Below are positions 10,374-20,464 of a stretch of DNA of 64,000 bases, piece after piece. Every line of letters starts with the position of its first letter. Position 1 is the first letter of the stretch. The notes below the pieces were generated by a model. The model made no database searches, had not been told where the DNA came from, and saw only the letters and a program-made list of their open reading frames with translations. This stretch comes from Methanocaldococcus sp. 28A. Its GTDB lineage: Archaea > AGJL01 > Methanococci > Methanococcales > Methanocaldococcaceae. The translations under genes and the position numbers were made by a program. The stretch lies in assembly GCA_049852185.1 (NCBI GenBank), contig CP187540.1. The stretch is one strand, 5' to 3'.

Positions 10374-11120
10374 TTATAGAAAATCATCTATTTTTCCTAA
10401 TTTTTTTGTAATTATCTTAATAAAATTTTCTGTCTTTTCAAATTTATCAATCAATATTAACTGATTTTGAGATTTTGTAATTGCAAATAATATTGATGAG
10501 CATATCGGACAGCCTACTTTTTCACAAACTTTGCAATCAACATCATGACAGTACTTTAGTTTGACATTCTCTATAAGTAGCACTATTTTATCCCCCTCTT
10601 CCTTAAAATCAACACCATCAACCAACTCCAATGTGTTTAAAACTGATGACGCTATAGATACTGCTAAACTTAAATCAGCATTATTTAATTCTATATCTGC
10701 ATATTCTTCAAATTTTTTTACAAGATTATATCCTAAAGGCGGAGATATTAAAAGACCCATTTCTTTTCCTCTCCCGACATTTGTTAAAAAAACAATCTCA
10801 TCATCAAAATTTCCAAGGTTTATTTCAAAATCCTCATTTGTAGGTATAAATGTTCCACCTTTTGGTAAATTTTCATAAGGGGGGATATATATGGCCTTGC
10901 CTTCTAAATGCAGATTGTTTATAAAATTTTCAAAAAAAGATAGGTAGGGGTTTATAGTGCATTCATATGTTTCATAACTTATTAAATTGGAAGGAATAAA
11001 TGCCAGTATAAGAATCCCAATAAAAATCCCTGCAAAACCTAAATTTATAAAAGTTATGGTTTCATAGTTTATTCCCCAATAAATAAGAAATATACCAAGC
11101 GCAATAATTGAAACCCCCAA
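10374..11120 (-). CDS. Membrane-anchored hypothetical protein with a Cys-rich, V4R-like C-terminus
   Basis: Two N-terminal TM segments; C-terminal C-x4-C-x2-C-x4-CPICS; start may lie upstream at 11150. Confidence 0.6.
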   Translation of the reverse strand: MGVSIIALGIFLIYWGINYETITFINLGFAGIFIGILILAFIPSNLISYETYECTINPYLSFFENFINNLHLEGKAIYIPPYENLPKGGTFIPTNEDFEINLGNFDDEIVFLTNVGRGKEMGLLISPPLGYNLVKKFEEYADIELNNADLSLAVSIASSVLNTLELVDGVDFKEEGDKIVLLIENVKLKYCHDVDCKVCEKVGCPICSSILFAITKSQNQLILIDKFEKTENFIKIITKKLGKIDDFL

Positions 11121-11175
11121 AATTATGTTTTTAGATGCATGTTTATTTATAATATCACCCCTCAGTGTTATGTCA

Positions 11176-11271
11176 TAGGACTTCCTTAGTTTATATATTA
11201 AACTTGTAACTTTGACACCTTTGGGTGTTTATATTCAATTACAATATATATTTATTCATGCGAAAGTCTTA
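11176..11271. mobile_element. MITE family A copy
   Basis: Ends TAGGACTTCC / TGCGAAAGTCTTA, internal GACACC-TTTG-GGTGTT palindrome. Confidence 0.6.
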
Positions 11272-11470
11272 TTAAAGATAGACATACATTGCATAAAGAA
11301 GAAATTCTTACTCCAATCTATATCTATTTAGTCAAAGAAAATATCTTATTCCTTAACCTCATTAAATCTCTAAAAACTCAATCTTTCTTTGTTTGGAATA
11401 CTATACAGAAAGTATCTTTAATTCATTTGAGTTTATATTAGAGTAATAGTATATTATAGCTGGTGGTAAT

Positions 11471-12457
11471 GTGAATTTAAAGAAGTATTGGGATTTGATA
11501 GTAGTTATAGGTTTATCTTTATTACTGTTGTTTGTTATTAAATATTATCCAGATATTATCCTTAGGAAAGGTTTGGGAATGGCATTTGTTATATTCTTTC
11601 CTGGTTATGTATTTATAAATGTACTATTTCCAAAAAATAAAGAGTTGGATAATATTGAAAGGTTGGCTTTGAGTTTTGGATTGAGTATAGCAATTGTTCC
11701 ATTAATTGGTTTAATTTTAAATTACACATCTTGGGGATTAAGATTAATTCCGATATTAGTTAGTTTAACTATCTTCAATTTAATATTTGGGATTTTAGCA
11801 ATATATAGGAGAGCAAAAGCAAAAGAGCCTTGGATTCCAATAATTGATATTGAAAAACTTAAAAAAGAACTTGAATGGGATAAGGCAAGTAAATTAGATA
11901 AAGCATTAACGGTAATTTTATTAATTGCAATAATTTCTTCAATTGCAACCCTTTTTTATGTTATAACTCATCCTAAGCCAGGAGAAAAATTTACTGAATT
12001 TTATATATTAGGCCCTAATGGAAAGGCTTCAGATTATCCAACAGAGTTATTTGTTGGTGAAGAGGGGAGAGTGATTATTGGGATTGTGAATCATGAATAT
12101 AGAAATGTTACCTACTATGTGGAAGTTTGGTTGGTTAATTTAAGTTATGATTTTAATACAAATAAGACTCATATATATAATATGTATCTATTAGATAGTT
12201 TTAATGTAACTCTTCCTCCAAAGCCAGTGAATATTGAAGGAAATTGGACTCCTCAATGGGAAAAAAATTATACCTTCATCATAAATAAACCTGGAAAATG
12301 GCAAATTTGGTTTTTGTTGTTTATGGATGAGAGGCCTAAATTACCAAAGCCTATCAATGGAGATTATGCTAACACTACAGCTAAAATGAGAATTATAGAA
12401 GCAATAAATGGAAGTATTCAAAGTTTGAAATTGAATGTTGATGTTAAGAAGATATAA
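11471..12457 (+). CDS. DUF1616-family membrane protein
   Basis: FFPGY, ERLALSFGLSIA, EKFTEFYILG, DYP motifs; a family usually found in archaeal glycosylation loci. Confidence 0.75.
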   Translation: MNLKKYWDLIVVIGLSLLLLFVIKYYPDIILRKGLGMAFVIFFPGYVFINVLFPKNKELDNIERLALSFGLSIAIVPLIGLILNYTSWGLRLIPILVSLTIFNLIFGILAIYRRAKAKEPWIPIIDIEKLKKELEWDKASKLDKALTVILLIAIISSIATLFYVITHPKPGEKFTEFYILGPNGKASDYPTELFVGEEGRVIIGIVNHEYRNVTYYVEVWLVNLSYDFNTNKTHIYNMYLLDSFNVTLPPKPVNIEGNWTPQWEKNYTFIINKPGKWQIWFLLFMDERPKLPKPINGDYANTTAKMRIIEAINGSIQSLKLNVDVKKI

Positions 12458-12471
12458 AATAAGGTGAAAAA

Positions 12472-13032
12472 ATGCCATTTAAATTCAAAAGATTGGAAAT
12501 TCCAGAAGTTATTTTAATAGAGCCAGTTATCTTTGAAGATGAAAGAGGATTTTTTATGGAAACCTATAAATACAGTGACTTTTCAAAATTTGGGATTAAA
12601 GAAATATTTGTCCAAGATAATCATTCTAAGTCAAAAAAAGGTGTTTTAAGGGGTTTGCATTATCAAAAAAATCCTAATGCTCAAAGTAAATTAGTGAGGT
12701 GTATAAAAGGGGAGATATTCGATGTTGCTGTAGATATAAGAAAGGGCTCTCCAACCTATGGAAAGTGGGTAGGGGTTATTTTATCAGAAGAAAATAAAAG
12801 AATGCTATATATCCCAAAGGGATTTGCACATGGATTTTGCGTTTTGAGTGATGAAGCAGAGGTTATTTATAAATGCACTGCAGAATATTCCCCAGATGAT
12901 GATAGAGGCATAATATGGAACGATAAAGATATTGGTATAGATTGGCCAATAAAAAACCCTATTTTGTCTGAGAAAGACAAAAAACATCCTCCATTAAGAG
13001 AGGCAGACATTAACTTTGTTTATGAAAAATAA
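12472..13032 (+). CDS. rfbC: dTDP-4-dehydrorhamnose 3,5-epimerase
   Basis: DERGFF, QDNHS, GVLRGLHYQ, GFAHGF. Confidence 0.95.
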   Translation: MPFKFKRLEIPEVILIEPVIFEDERGFFMETYKYSDFSKFGIKEIFVQDNHSKSKKGVLRGLHYQKNPNAQSKLVRCIKGEIFDVAVDIRKGSPTYGKWVGVILSEENKRMLYIPKGFAHGFCVLSDEAEVIYKCTAEYSPDDDRGIIWNDKDIGIDWPIKNPILSEKDKKHPPLREADINFVYEK

Positions 13033-13044
13033 AAAGGTGATAAT

Positions 13045-13923
13045 ATGAAAGGGATTATATTGGCTGGAGGATCAGGAACAAGGTTATATCCAATAACCTA
13101 CGCTGGAAATAAACATCTAATTCCAATATACAATAAACCAATGATATATTATCCATTATCAATTTTGATGTTAGCTCAGATTAAAGATATATTGATAATC
13201 TCAACTCCTGAAGATTTACCAAGATTTAAAAAACTCTTAGGAGATGGACGTCAATTTGGAATAAATTTACAGTATAAAGAGCAGAAAGAACCGAGAGGAT
13301 TGGCAGAGGCATTTATTATTGGAGAAGATTTCATAGAAGATGATAATGTTTGTTTAATCTTAGGGGATAATATTTTGTATGGTAGTGGATTAACTGGAAT
13401 ATTACTTGAAACGAAAAAAGAAATAGAAAAGAATGGTGGAGGTATTGTATTTGGACAGTATGTAAATGATCCAGAACGATATGGTGTTATAGAATTTGAT
13501 GAAGAAGGGGGGATAAAATCAATTATAGAAAAGCCTAAGAATCCTCCATCAAACTATGCAGTTATTGGGTTGTATTTCTATGATAATGAAGTTATTGAGA
13601 TAGCTAAAAATGTAAAACCCTCTTGGAGGGGTGAATTGGAAATAACTGACATAAATAACGAATATCTAAAAAAAGGGAACCTAAAAGTTAAGCTTTTACC
13701 AAGAGGAGTGGCGTGGTTTGACGCAGGAACTCATGAGAGTTTATTGGAAGCAACAAACTTTGTTGCGGCAATAGAGAGAAGGCAAGGATTAATGATTGGT
13801 TGCTTAGAAGAAATTGCATATAGAAATGGATGGATAACTAAAGAGCAGTTGTTAAATCTTGCCAAACCATTATTAAAGACGGATTATGGAAAATATTTAG
13901 AAAGATTAGTAAATGAGGGATAA
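13045..13923 (+). CDS. rfbA: Glucose-1-phosphate thymidylyltransferase
   Basis: [27 protein letters not shown]. Confidence 0.95.
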   Translation: MKGIILAGGSGTRLYPITYAGNKHLIPIYNKPMIYYPLSILMLAQIKDILIISTPEDLPRFKKLLGDGRQFGINLQYKEQKEPRGLAEAFIIGEDFIEDDNVCLILGDNILYGSGLTGILLETKKEIEKNGGGIVFGQYVNDPERYGVIEFDEEGGIKSIIEKPKNPPSNYAVIGLYFYDNEVIEIAKNVKPSWRGELEITDINNEYLKKGNLKVKLLPRGVAWFDAGTHESLLEATNFVAAIERRQGLMIGCLEEIAYRNGWITKEQLLNLAKPLLKTDYGKYLERLVNEG

Positions 13924-13925
13924 GG

Positions 13926-16436
13926 ATGAGAATATTGGTAACAGGTGGAGCTGGTTTTATAGGAAGTAACTTTATAAAATATATATTGGATAAACATAAA
14001 GATTGGGAAGTTATAAATTTAGATAAACTAGGATATGGCTCCAATTTGGAGAATTTGAAGGGAATAGACGAGGATAGATATAAATTTATTAAGGGGGATA
14101 TAACTGATTTTGAGTTGATTTCAAAACTTATTAAAGAAGTAGATGCTGCTGTAAATTTCGCAGCAGAGACGCATGTAGATAGAAGTATATCTACTCCTTA
14201 TTCATTCATAGAAAGCAATGTTATTGGAGTCTATACAATATTAGAAGCAATTAGAAGGTATAATCCAGAGGTAAATTTTGTTCATGTAAGTAGTGTGACT
14301 GGGGATACTCCAGTATTGCTAAGGAATAAAGAGACTGGAGAAATATTTTTAGAGAGAATAGATTTCCTCAATGAGGATAATTATCATCTCTATGAAGCGC
14401 TTACGATTGATGAAGACCTTAAAGCTACCTTCATGCCAATTTCGGGTATAGTTAAACACCCTACTGATGAGATTTACGAAATAGAGTATGAAAGTGGAGG
14501 GAGGATTAAAGCTACAGGCTCTCATTCTGTGTTTGTATTCACGGAAGATGGAATAAAAGAAAAATATGTTACCGAGCTGAAAGAAGGGGACTATTTGGTA
14601 ACCTTACTCACTTTCAACAAGAATAATTTCGAATCAAACCACATTCTCAGGATAAAGGATTACATAGATATGAATAAAATCAAAACAAATGGACGCATTA
14701 AGAAGAGCCTAAAAACTAGAGAAAGAATACTGGAAGTTTTAAAAGATAGTCCTAAAACATGGAAAGAACTTGTTGAGAGTTTAGGAAAGTCTGTTTCTCA
14801 GTCGCTTAAAAGTATGGTAAAGGAGGGATTAATTGAGATCGTGAATAGGAAATACAAGATAACAGAGAAGGGTTTAGCTGAATTAAGGAATGGTTTTGAA
14901 GAGACTGCTTATGTGCTTTACAGGAGACAGCTTAATATTCCACAGGAGATTGAGGAAATAGAAGTTACTCCTGAATTAATGTGGCTCTTTGGTTTGTATT
15001 TGGCGGAGGGACATGCCTCCAATACGGAAAAAGAATTCAAAAGAAAGCTAAAAAAAGTTACAATAACATCAAAAGATATTGAGTCGCTCAAAAAAGCAAA
15101 AAAATTGCTAGAAAAATATTTTGGATATAAAAAAGCAGTTATTAGGGAAAAGAAAAATGAAGACACATACCAATTGGAGTTTGGTGGAGAAATTTTGCAT
15201 TCTATTTTCTCAGAGTGGGGAAGCACTTCCGAAACTAAACGTATTCCTTCATGGGTATGGAAACTCTCAAGAGATCATATAGCCAAGATGCTTGAAGGTT
15301 ATGAAGGAGATGCTCATATCAGAAAAGATGGTAGTAGAATATTCACTTCGAAAAATCAAACCCTAATATTTAGTTTAGTATGGTTAACTAGGCTTAAAGG
15401 GATAAACTCAAGGTATGTTAAGAGAGTGTGTAAAAATATGAAAGGGGAATTCCAAAAAAGAGAGGAATATGACTTAGTCATGCACGATTTAGCAGTTTCA
15501 TCTGAAAATTATGAGGAAAATAAGTTAGTAAGGACGCCTCATTCTAAGTGTATCCCTATGGAATTAGTAAAACACCATTTACCTGAGAATATCGTGGCAA
15601 AGTATAATCTCAAAAAGAACAAATTAATTGGAAAAGATATTGCAAAAAGATTGATGAAAGGAAAGAATAAGTATGTTGAATCAGATGTAGGAGTTGCAAA
15701 GGTCAAAAAAATTACACGACTTAACGAAAACTTAATGGTATATGATATTGTAATAGATAAGAATCACAAATTCTTTGGAGGAAATGTGCCAATTCTCCTT
15801 CACAATACTGACGAAGTTTATGGAGATATTGAGGAGGGTTCATTCACTGAAAATGATAGATTGCTACCTTCATCTCCTTATTCTGCAAGTAAAGCTGGTG
15901 GAGATATGCTTGTTTTAGGATGGGCAAGAACATACAACTTAAATGCAAAGATAACAAGATGTTCAAACAATTATGGTCCTTACCAATTCCCAGAAAAATT
16001 GATACCTAAAACGATAATTAGGGCAAATATGGATTTGAAAATACCAATATATGGTAAAGGGGAAAATGTTAGAGATTGGTTATATGTTTTGGATCATTGT
16101 AGTGGAATAGAATTAGTTTTAGAAAAAGGGGAAAGTAGGGAAATTTACAATATAGCTTCAAATCAGGAGAAGATGAATATAGAAGTTGTTAAGATGATTT
16201 TAAATATAATGAATAAATCTGAAGATTTAATAGAGTTTGTTGAAGATAGACCTGGACATGATATAAGATATAGTTTAGATGCTTCAAAAATTAAGGAACT
16301 TGGTTGGAAACCAAAATATAACTTTAAAGATGGTTTAAAAGAAACTGTAAAGTGGTATTTGAATAATGAATGGTGGTGGAAGCCATTAATTAATGATAAA
16401 GTTTTACATCCAACTCCTTGGAAGTTGAAATGGTGA
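13926..16436 (+). CDS. rfbB: dTDP-glucose 4,6-dehydratase, intein-containing (331 aa after splicing)
   Basis: GGAGFIG, AAETHVDRS, VHVS|TDEVYG split by an insertion, YSASK, DRPGHD. Confidence 0.93.
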   Translation: MRILVTGGAGFIGSNFIKYILDKHKDWEVINLDKLGYGSNLENLKGIDEDRYKFIKGDITDFELISKLIKEVDAAVNFAAETHVDRSISTPYSFIESNVIGVYTILEAIRRYNPEVNFVHVSSVTGDTPVLLRNKETGEIFLERIDFLNEDNYHLYEALTIDEDLKATFMPISGIVKHPTDEIYEIEYESGGRIKATGSHSVFVFTEDGIKEKYVTELKEGDYLVTLLTFNKNNFESNHILRIKDYIDMNKIKTNGRIKKSLKTRERILEVLKDSPKTWKELVESLGKSVSQSLKSMVKEGLIEIVNRKYKITEKGLAELRNGFEETAYVLYRRQLNIPQEIEEIEVTPELMWLFGLYLAEGHASNTEKEFKRKLKKVTITSKDIESLKKAKKLLEKYFGYKKAVIREKKNEDTYQLEFGGEILHSIFSEWGSTSETKRIPSWVWKLSRDHIAKMLEGYEGDAHIRKDGSRIFTSKNQTLIFSLVWLTRLKGINSRYVKRVCKNMKGEFQKREEYDLVMHDLAVSSENYEENKLVRTPHSKCIPMELVKHHLPENIVAKYNLKKNKLIGKDIAKRLMKGKNKYVESDVGVAKVKKITRLNENLMVYDIVIDKNHKFFGGNVPILLHNTDEVYGDIEEGSFTENDRLLPSSPYSASKAGGDMLVLGWARTYNLNAKITRCSNNYGPYQFPEKLIPKTIIRANMDLKIPIYGKGENVRDWLYVLDHCSGIELVLEKGESREIYNIASNQEKMNIEVVKMILNIMNKSEDLIEFVEDRPGHDIRYSLDASKIKELGWKPKYNFKDGLKETVKWYLNNEWWWKPLINDKVLHPTPWKLKW
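14292..15806 (+). mobile_element. 505-aa intein with LAGLIDADG homing endonuclease
   Basis: Starts SVTGDT, block B ATGSHSVF, WLFGLYLAEG and MLEGYEGDA blocks, ends VYD...ILLHN followed by +1 Thr. Confidence 0.92.
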
Positions 16437-16442
16437 TTTTCA

Positions 16443-17330
16443 ATGGAAAAAGTTGCCGTTATTGGCTTAGGTATGATAGGATATGAAATAATTAAGAAAT
16501 ATTTAGAATTTGATGATTATGATGTTTATATTATAACAAGAAGTGATAAAGGATTCTTTAACGATGTAGAAAGATATTTTGTAGATATAACCAATGAGAA
16601 TAAAATTAAGGAAACTATTAAAACAATAAATCCTGATTATGTTATAAATACAGCTGCAATGACTAATGTTGATTTGTGTGAAACTGAAAGAGATTTGGCT
16701 TATAAAATAAATGCGTTGGGGGCAAAATATATTGGAGAGATTTGTAAAGAAATTGGATGTTTTTTGTGTCATATATCTACCGATTATGTATTTGATGGAG
16801 AGAAAGGAAATTATACTGAAGAAGATCCTATAAATCCAATAAATTATTATGGATATACAAAAGCGGAAGGGGAGAGATTATTAAATGAGTTGGATTATGA
16901 TGCAATATCCATTGTTAGAATCTCCGTGCCTTATTGTATAAGTCCAGTTAAAGATAATTTCTTTATGTGGGTTTTAGAGAAATTGAAAAATAATGAGGTT
17001 GTAAATGCTGTAATTGACCAGTGGAATACTCCAACTTATGTAAATGAGTTGGTTGAAGGAATTATTAAGATTTATGAAAATTATGATAATGGCTTATTAC
17101 ACTTCGGTGGGGGAGAAAAAGTAAGTAGGTATGAGTTTGCTTTAAAGGTAGCTGAAATTTTTGAATTTGATATGAGTTTAATTAAACCAATTAGAAGTTC
17201 AGAGTTAGGTTGGAAAGCTAAGAGACCAAAAGATACTTCTTTAAATAGTGAAAAAGCTGAAAAATTGTTAAATATTAAATTAAAAACTGTTAAAGAAGCT
17301 TTTAATGAGTTGAAGGAAGTTTTAGGTTGA
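16443..17330 (+). CDS. rfbD: dTDP-4-dehydrorhamnose reductase
   Basis: AAMTNVDLCE, ISTDYVFDG, YGYTK, AKRP. Confidence 0.92.
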   Translation: MEKVAVIGLGMIGYEIIKKYLEFDDYDVYIITRSDKGFFNDVERYFVDITNENKIKETIKTINPDYVINTAAMTNVDLCETERDLAYKINALGAKYIGEICKEIGCFLCHISTDYVFDGEKGNYTEEDPINPINYYGYTKAEGERLLNELDYDAISIVRISVPYCISPVKDNFFMWVLEKLKNNEVVNAVIDQWNTPTYVNELVEGIIKIYENYDNGLLHFGGGEKVSRYEFALKVAEIFEFDMSLIKPIRSSELGWKAKRPKDTSLNSEKAEKLLNIKLKTVKEAFNELKEVLG

Positions 17331-17464
17331 ATGCTTAAAGATACATTGCAAGAAATACAAATTTAACAGGAAAGTATTCGGGAAATATTCATTTATAGAA
17401 TTATAAATTAAACATCTATGATTTTCTTCATCTTTTTATCGTTAAGCTTTACTCACATTTAATT

Positions 17465-17490
17465 GTGCGAAATAATTTCATGATACAACA
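17465..17490. mobile_element. Orphan right end of the IS481-like element
   Basis: GTGCGAAATAATTTCATGATACAACA nearly matches 31220-31245 and 47985-48009. Confidence 0.6.
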
Positions 17491-17955
17491 ATTTATTAAA
17501 AAAATAGGGGATAGAACTATGAACGATATAAGATTGTTGGCTATAAAATCATTTAATGAATTTATAAACGAAGTTTTGCGAATTAATCCAAGGATTTATC
17601 GAGTTGAAGATTATACAAGAGGATTTATAGAGGCGATGTCAAATAATATATATTTAGAGACCATTAGCAAGCAGCAAGCTAAATTATCCGTCGGCAGACT
17701 CTTACTATCGATATATAAATAAGGCAGGTAATTCTATGTTTAAAGAAGTTTATAAATCTTTTGTTAAAAATATATTCAATGATTTAAAAAAATAATAGAA
17801 ATTTTTGCCTATTGATAGATACGCATTGTAATGCCTAATAATTTATATTTAGAATTAATTCATGAATATAGAAAAGAGAGGGGCAGTGCTAGTTCGTATA
17901 AATATATAGCTGCTACTTTACATACTGAAGATTTTTCGTTAATAATCTATTGTAA

Positions 17956-19090
17956 TAGGACTTTTACAAGCATATTTAAATATTTTATTATAACATTTCA
18001 TGATAATCTATTTTTATTAGATATTATAATTTTTCGAAACAAAAAGTTTATTTTGGGGAAAATATGCTAAAAATGTCGAGGACTATCGTTTATATGCTTT
18101 TTATATTACTTTCAGAGATTAATTCGTGTGTAGAGTTATCGAAAACGTTGCGTATTTTCGGAATCGACATATCTCACGATACAATAAATAGAATACTTTG
18201 GGAAGAAGGAATCTTCCCACAAGAAAAGCTTTTTAATTTCGTTAAAGATTTAATCACTCCTGATTATAATATTGTCGTTATAGATGACTTTGTTATAGAT
18301 AAAATTTACTCTAAATCGACTGAATTTGCTTATTATTGTTGGAGTAATCTACATAAACGAGTAATTAAAGGCTTACATATCGTTGATTGCATAATTACAA
18401 ATGGAAAACATATTATTCCAATCGATTTTAGAGTATATGACAGACCAAGAGATGGAAAGACGAAAAATAATTTATGTAGGGAGATAATAAAGTCTTTAGT
18501 GGATAAAGGATTAAATATTAGATATATCTGTTTCGATAGTTGGTATTCAAGTAAAGATAACTTAAAACTTATCGATAGTTTAGGTTTATTCTACCTCTGC
18601 AGAATTAAAAGGAATAGAAAGGTAAAACTCTCCAAAAACAGAGAGTGGGTATCAATCGAAGACATTAAGGAAATTCCTAAGAATGGATTAATCGTTTATC
18701 TACGAAAAGTTGGCTATGTCAGACTCTTCTGCCTTTCCAAAAACGGAAAGGCAAAATATTATATAACTAATAACCTATTTATGAGTTTCGAAGAATTCCA
18801 AGAGGTCAAAAACGCCTCTTGGAGAATCGAGGAATTCCATAGGGGTGTTAAACAGTGCTGTAATACTGGCAATTTCTTCGTTAGAAAAAAATTTCCAATT
18901 TTAGGTCATATCTCCCTTTCTATGAGAGCCTTCTACCTCTTAGAGAAAATTAGAATCGATAAAAATATCAGTTGGTACGAACTTAGAAGAAAACTAAATC
19001 GAATAGCTGTTGGTAATGCCATAATCTCTTTGTGTGAAGAAATTGGTTTATCGTTAATCTAAGTATTTAAATGTGGATGCGAAAGTCCTA
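17956..19090 (+). mobile_element. IS701-family insertion sequence
   Basis: Inverted ends TAGGACTTTTACA / TGCGAAAGTCCTA flank an intact transposase. Confidence 0.75.
18064..19062 (+). CDS. IS701-family DDE transposase
   Basis: VVIDD...DK, FDSWY, WRIEEFHRGVKQ. Confidence 0.85.
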   Translation: MLKMSRTIVYMLFILLSEINSCVELSKTLRIFGIDISHDTINRILWEEGIFPQEKLFNFVKDLITPDYNIVVIDDFVIDKIYSKSTEFAYYCWSNLHKRVIKGLHIVDCIITNGKHIIPIDFRVYDRPRDGKTKNNLCREIIKSLVDKGLNIRYICFDSWYSSKDNLKLIDSLGLFYLCRIKRNRKVKLSKNREWVSIEDIKEIPKNGLIVYLRKVGYVRLFCLSKNGKAKYYITNNLFMSFEEFQEVKNASWRIEEFHRGVKQCCNTGNFFVRKKFPILGHISLSMRAFYLLEKIRIDKNISWYELRRKLNRIAVGNAIISLCEEIGLSLI

Positions 19091-19179
19091 TTTAAAATTC
19101 TTCATCATCGAAATATGTAATTTATTAAATAAATTCGATTATTTAAATGTGGTTATGTGTAGTACCAGGTTGTGTGTGT

Positions 19180-19929
19180 TTAATGCATATTCGTAGATAC
19201 TATATAAATTCCCATAAATAAGATTATTAAATTAATAAATCTATTAAGTTTGTCCTGTGGAATATTAGAGTTTACATGAGTTCCAACATAAACTCCCGGA
19301 ATAGTTCCAAGAATTAGTGATAAAGCTAATTTGTAATCAACATTTCCCAAAATTATATGGCTCAAAGCACTGAAAGACGTTAATAAGAGGCCATAGAAAA
19401 TACTTGTTCCAACAACAGACCTTGGTGAAAGTTTTGTGAAATTCGTTAATGCAAGAGTTATTAAAACACCACTACCAATTGATGTAAATTGAACTATCAA
19501 ACCTACTAAAAATCCAAATAACACTAAAACAGAAGAACCAAAACCTATTTTTTTTGCAAAACTTCTTTTCAAATTTATAATGGATGTGATTATTAAAATT
19601 ACACCAAGTATTATTGTTAAAAAATTATTTATCTCACCTCTATCCCCTAACCTTAAAACTATAGAACCAACTATTATAGCTGGTAAACTTCCTAAGAACA
19701 ATTTTAGTGCAATGTTAAAGTTTATATTCCCTTTTTTATTGTGTAAAATTGCCCCTATAGTCTTGGTTACTGCAGCATACAGTAAATCAGTCCCAACTGC
19801 TATGAGTGGTTCCACTCCTAAAAATATTAATAAAGGAGTCATTAAAGTGCCTCCTCCAATTCCAGTCAAACCTACAAGAAATCCAATAACAAATCCAATT
19901 AATATAAAATACAATGACATAAAACCCAC
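19180..19929 (-). CDS. TauE/SafE (TSUP) sulfite/sulfur-compound transporter
   Basis: GLTGIGGG...P repeat, AVGTDL, multiple TM segments; last codons lie in an IS end. Confidence 0.85.
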   Translation of the reverse strand: MGFMSLYFILIGFVIGFLVGLTGIGGGTLMTPLLIFLGVEPLIAVGTDLLYAAVTKTIGAILHNKKGNINFNIALKLFLGSLPAIIVGSIVLRLGDRGEINNFLTIILGVILIITSIINLKRSFAKKIGFGSSVLVLFGFLVGLIVQFTSIGSGVLITLALTNFTKLSPRSVVGTSIFYGLLLTSFSALSHIILGNVDYKLALSLILGTIPGVYVGTHVNSNIPQDKLNRFINLIILFMGIYIVSTNMH

Positions 19930-19930
19930 T

Positions 19931-20464
19931 TTAAAGATAATTTAGTTCCACAGCCTTTTTGATTATTGCTTCAACTTCCTCATCAACACTCATTTTGGAA
20001 CTATCCACTTTAACTTCTGGGTTATCAGGCTCTTCATAAACTCCATCGTAACCAGTTAATCCTTTTATTTCTCCTTTCAATGCCTTAGCATAAAGTCCCT
20101 TTGGGTCTCTCTTAATTCTTTCCTCTAAAGGAGCATAAACATAAACTTCCATAAATCTCCCAATCTCTTTTCTCGCATATTCCCTAACAGATTTATATGG
20201 AGAAATTAGAGAGACTATTGCTATTACACCATTTCTTGATAACAATTTGGCCATGTGAATAACAACTTTATTATGCATTTCTCTTGCCTCTTTACTAAAT
20301 CCCAAATTTGGATATATGGAATTTCTTATTTCATCTCCATCCAAAATCTCAACTCTATAACCCATTTCTTTGAGTTTTTTCTTTAAAGCATTAGCTAATG
20401 TGGTTTTTCCTGCTCCACTTGGACCTGTGAGCCAAATCGTAAAACCTACTTTCATAGTATACAT
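19931..20464 (-). CDS. cysC: Adenylyl-sulfate (APS) kinase
   Basis: WLTGPSGAGKTT, LDGD, RDPKGLY, TG-x-D-x2-YE. Confidence 0.95.
   Translation of the reverse strand: MYTMKVGFTIWLTGPSGAGKTTLANALKKKLKEMGYRVEILDGDEIRNSIYPNLGFSKEAREMHNKVVIHMAKLLSRNGVIAIVSLISPYKSVREYARKEIGRFMEVYVYAPLEERIKRDPKGLYAKALKGEIKGLTGYDGVYEEPDNPEVKVDSSKMSVDEEVEAIIKKAVELNYL

Larger units (their letters stand above)
17491..19201 (+). pseudogene. ISH3-like transposase remnant, interrupted by the IS701-like element and internally deleted
   Basis: MNDIRLLAIKSFNEF fragment nearly identical to 51431; 19091-19201 matches the right end of the 51382-52412 element. Confidence 0.7.
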
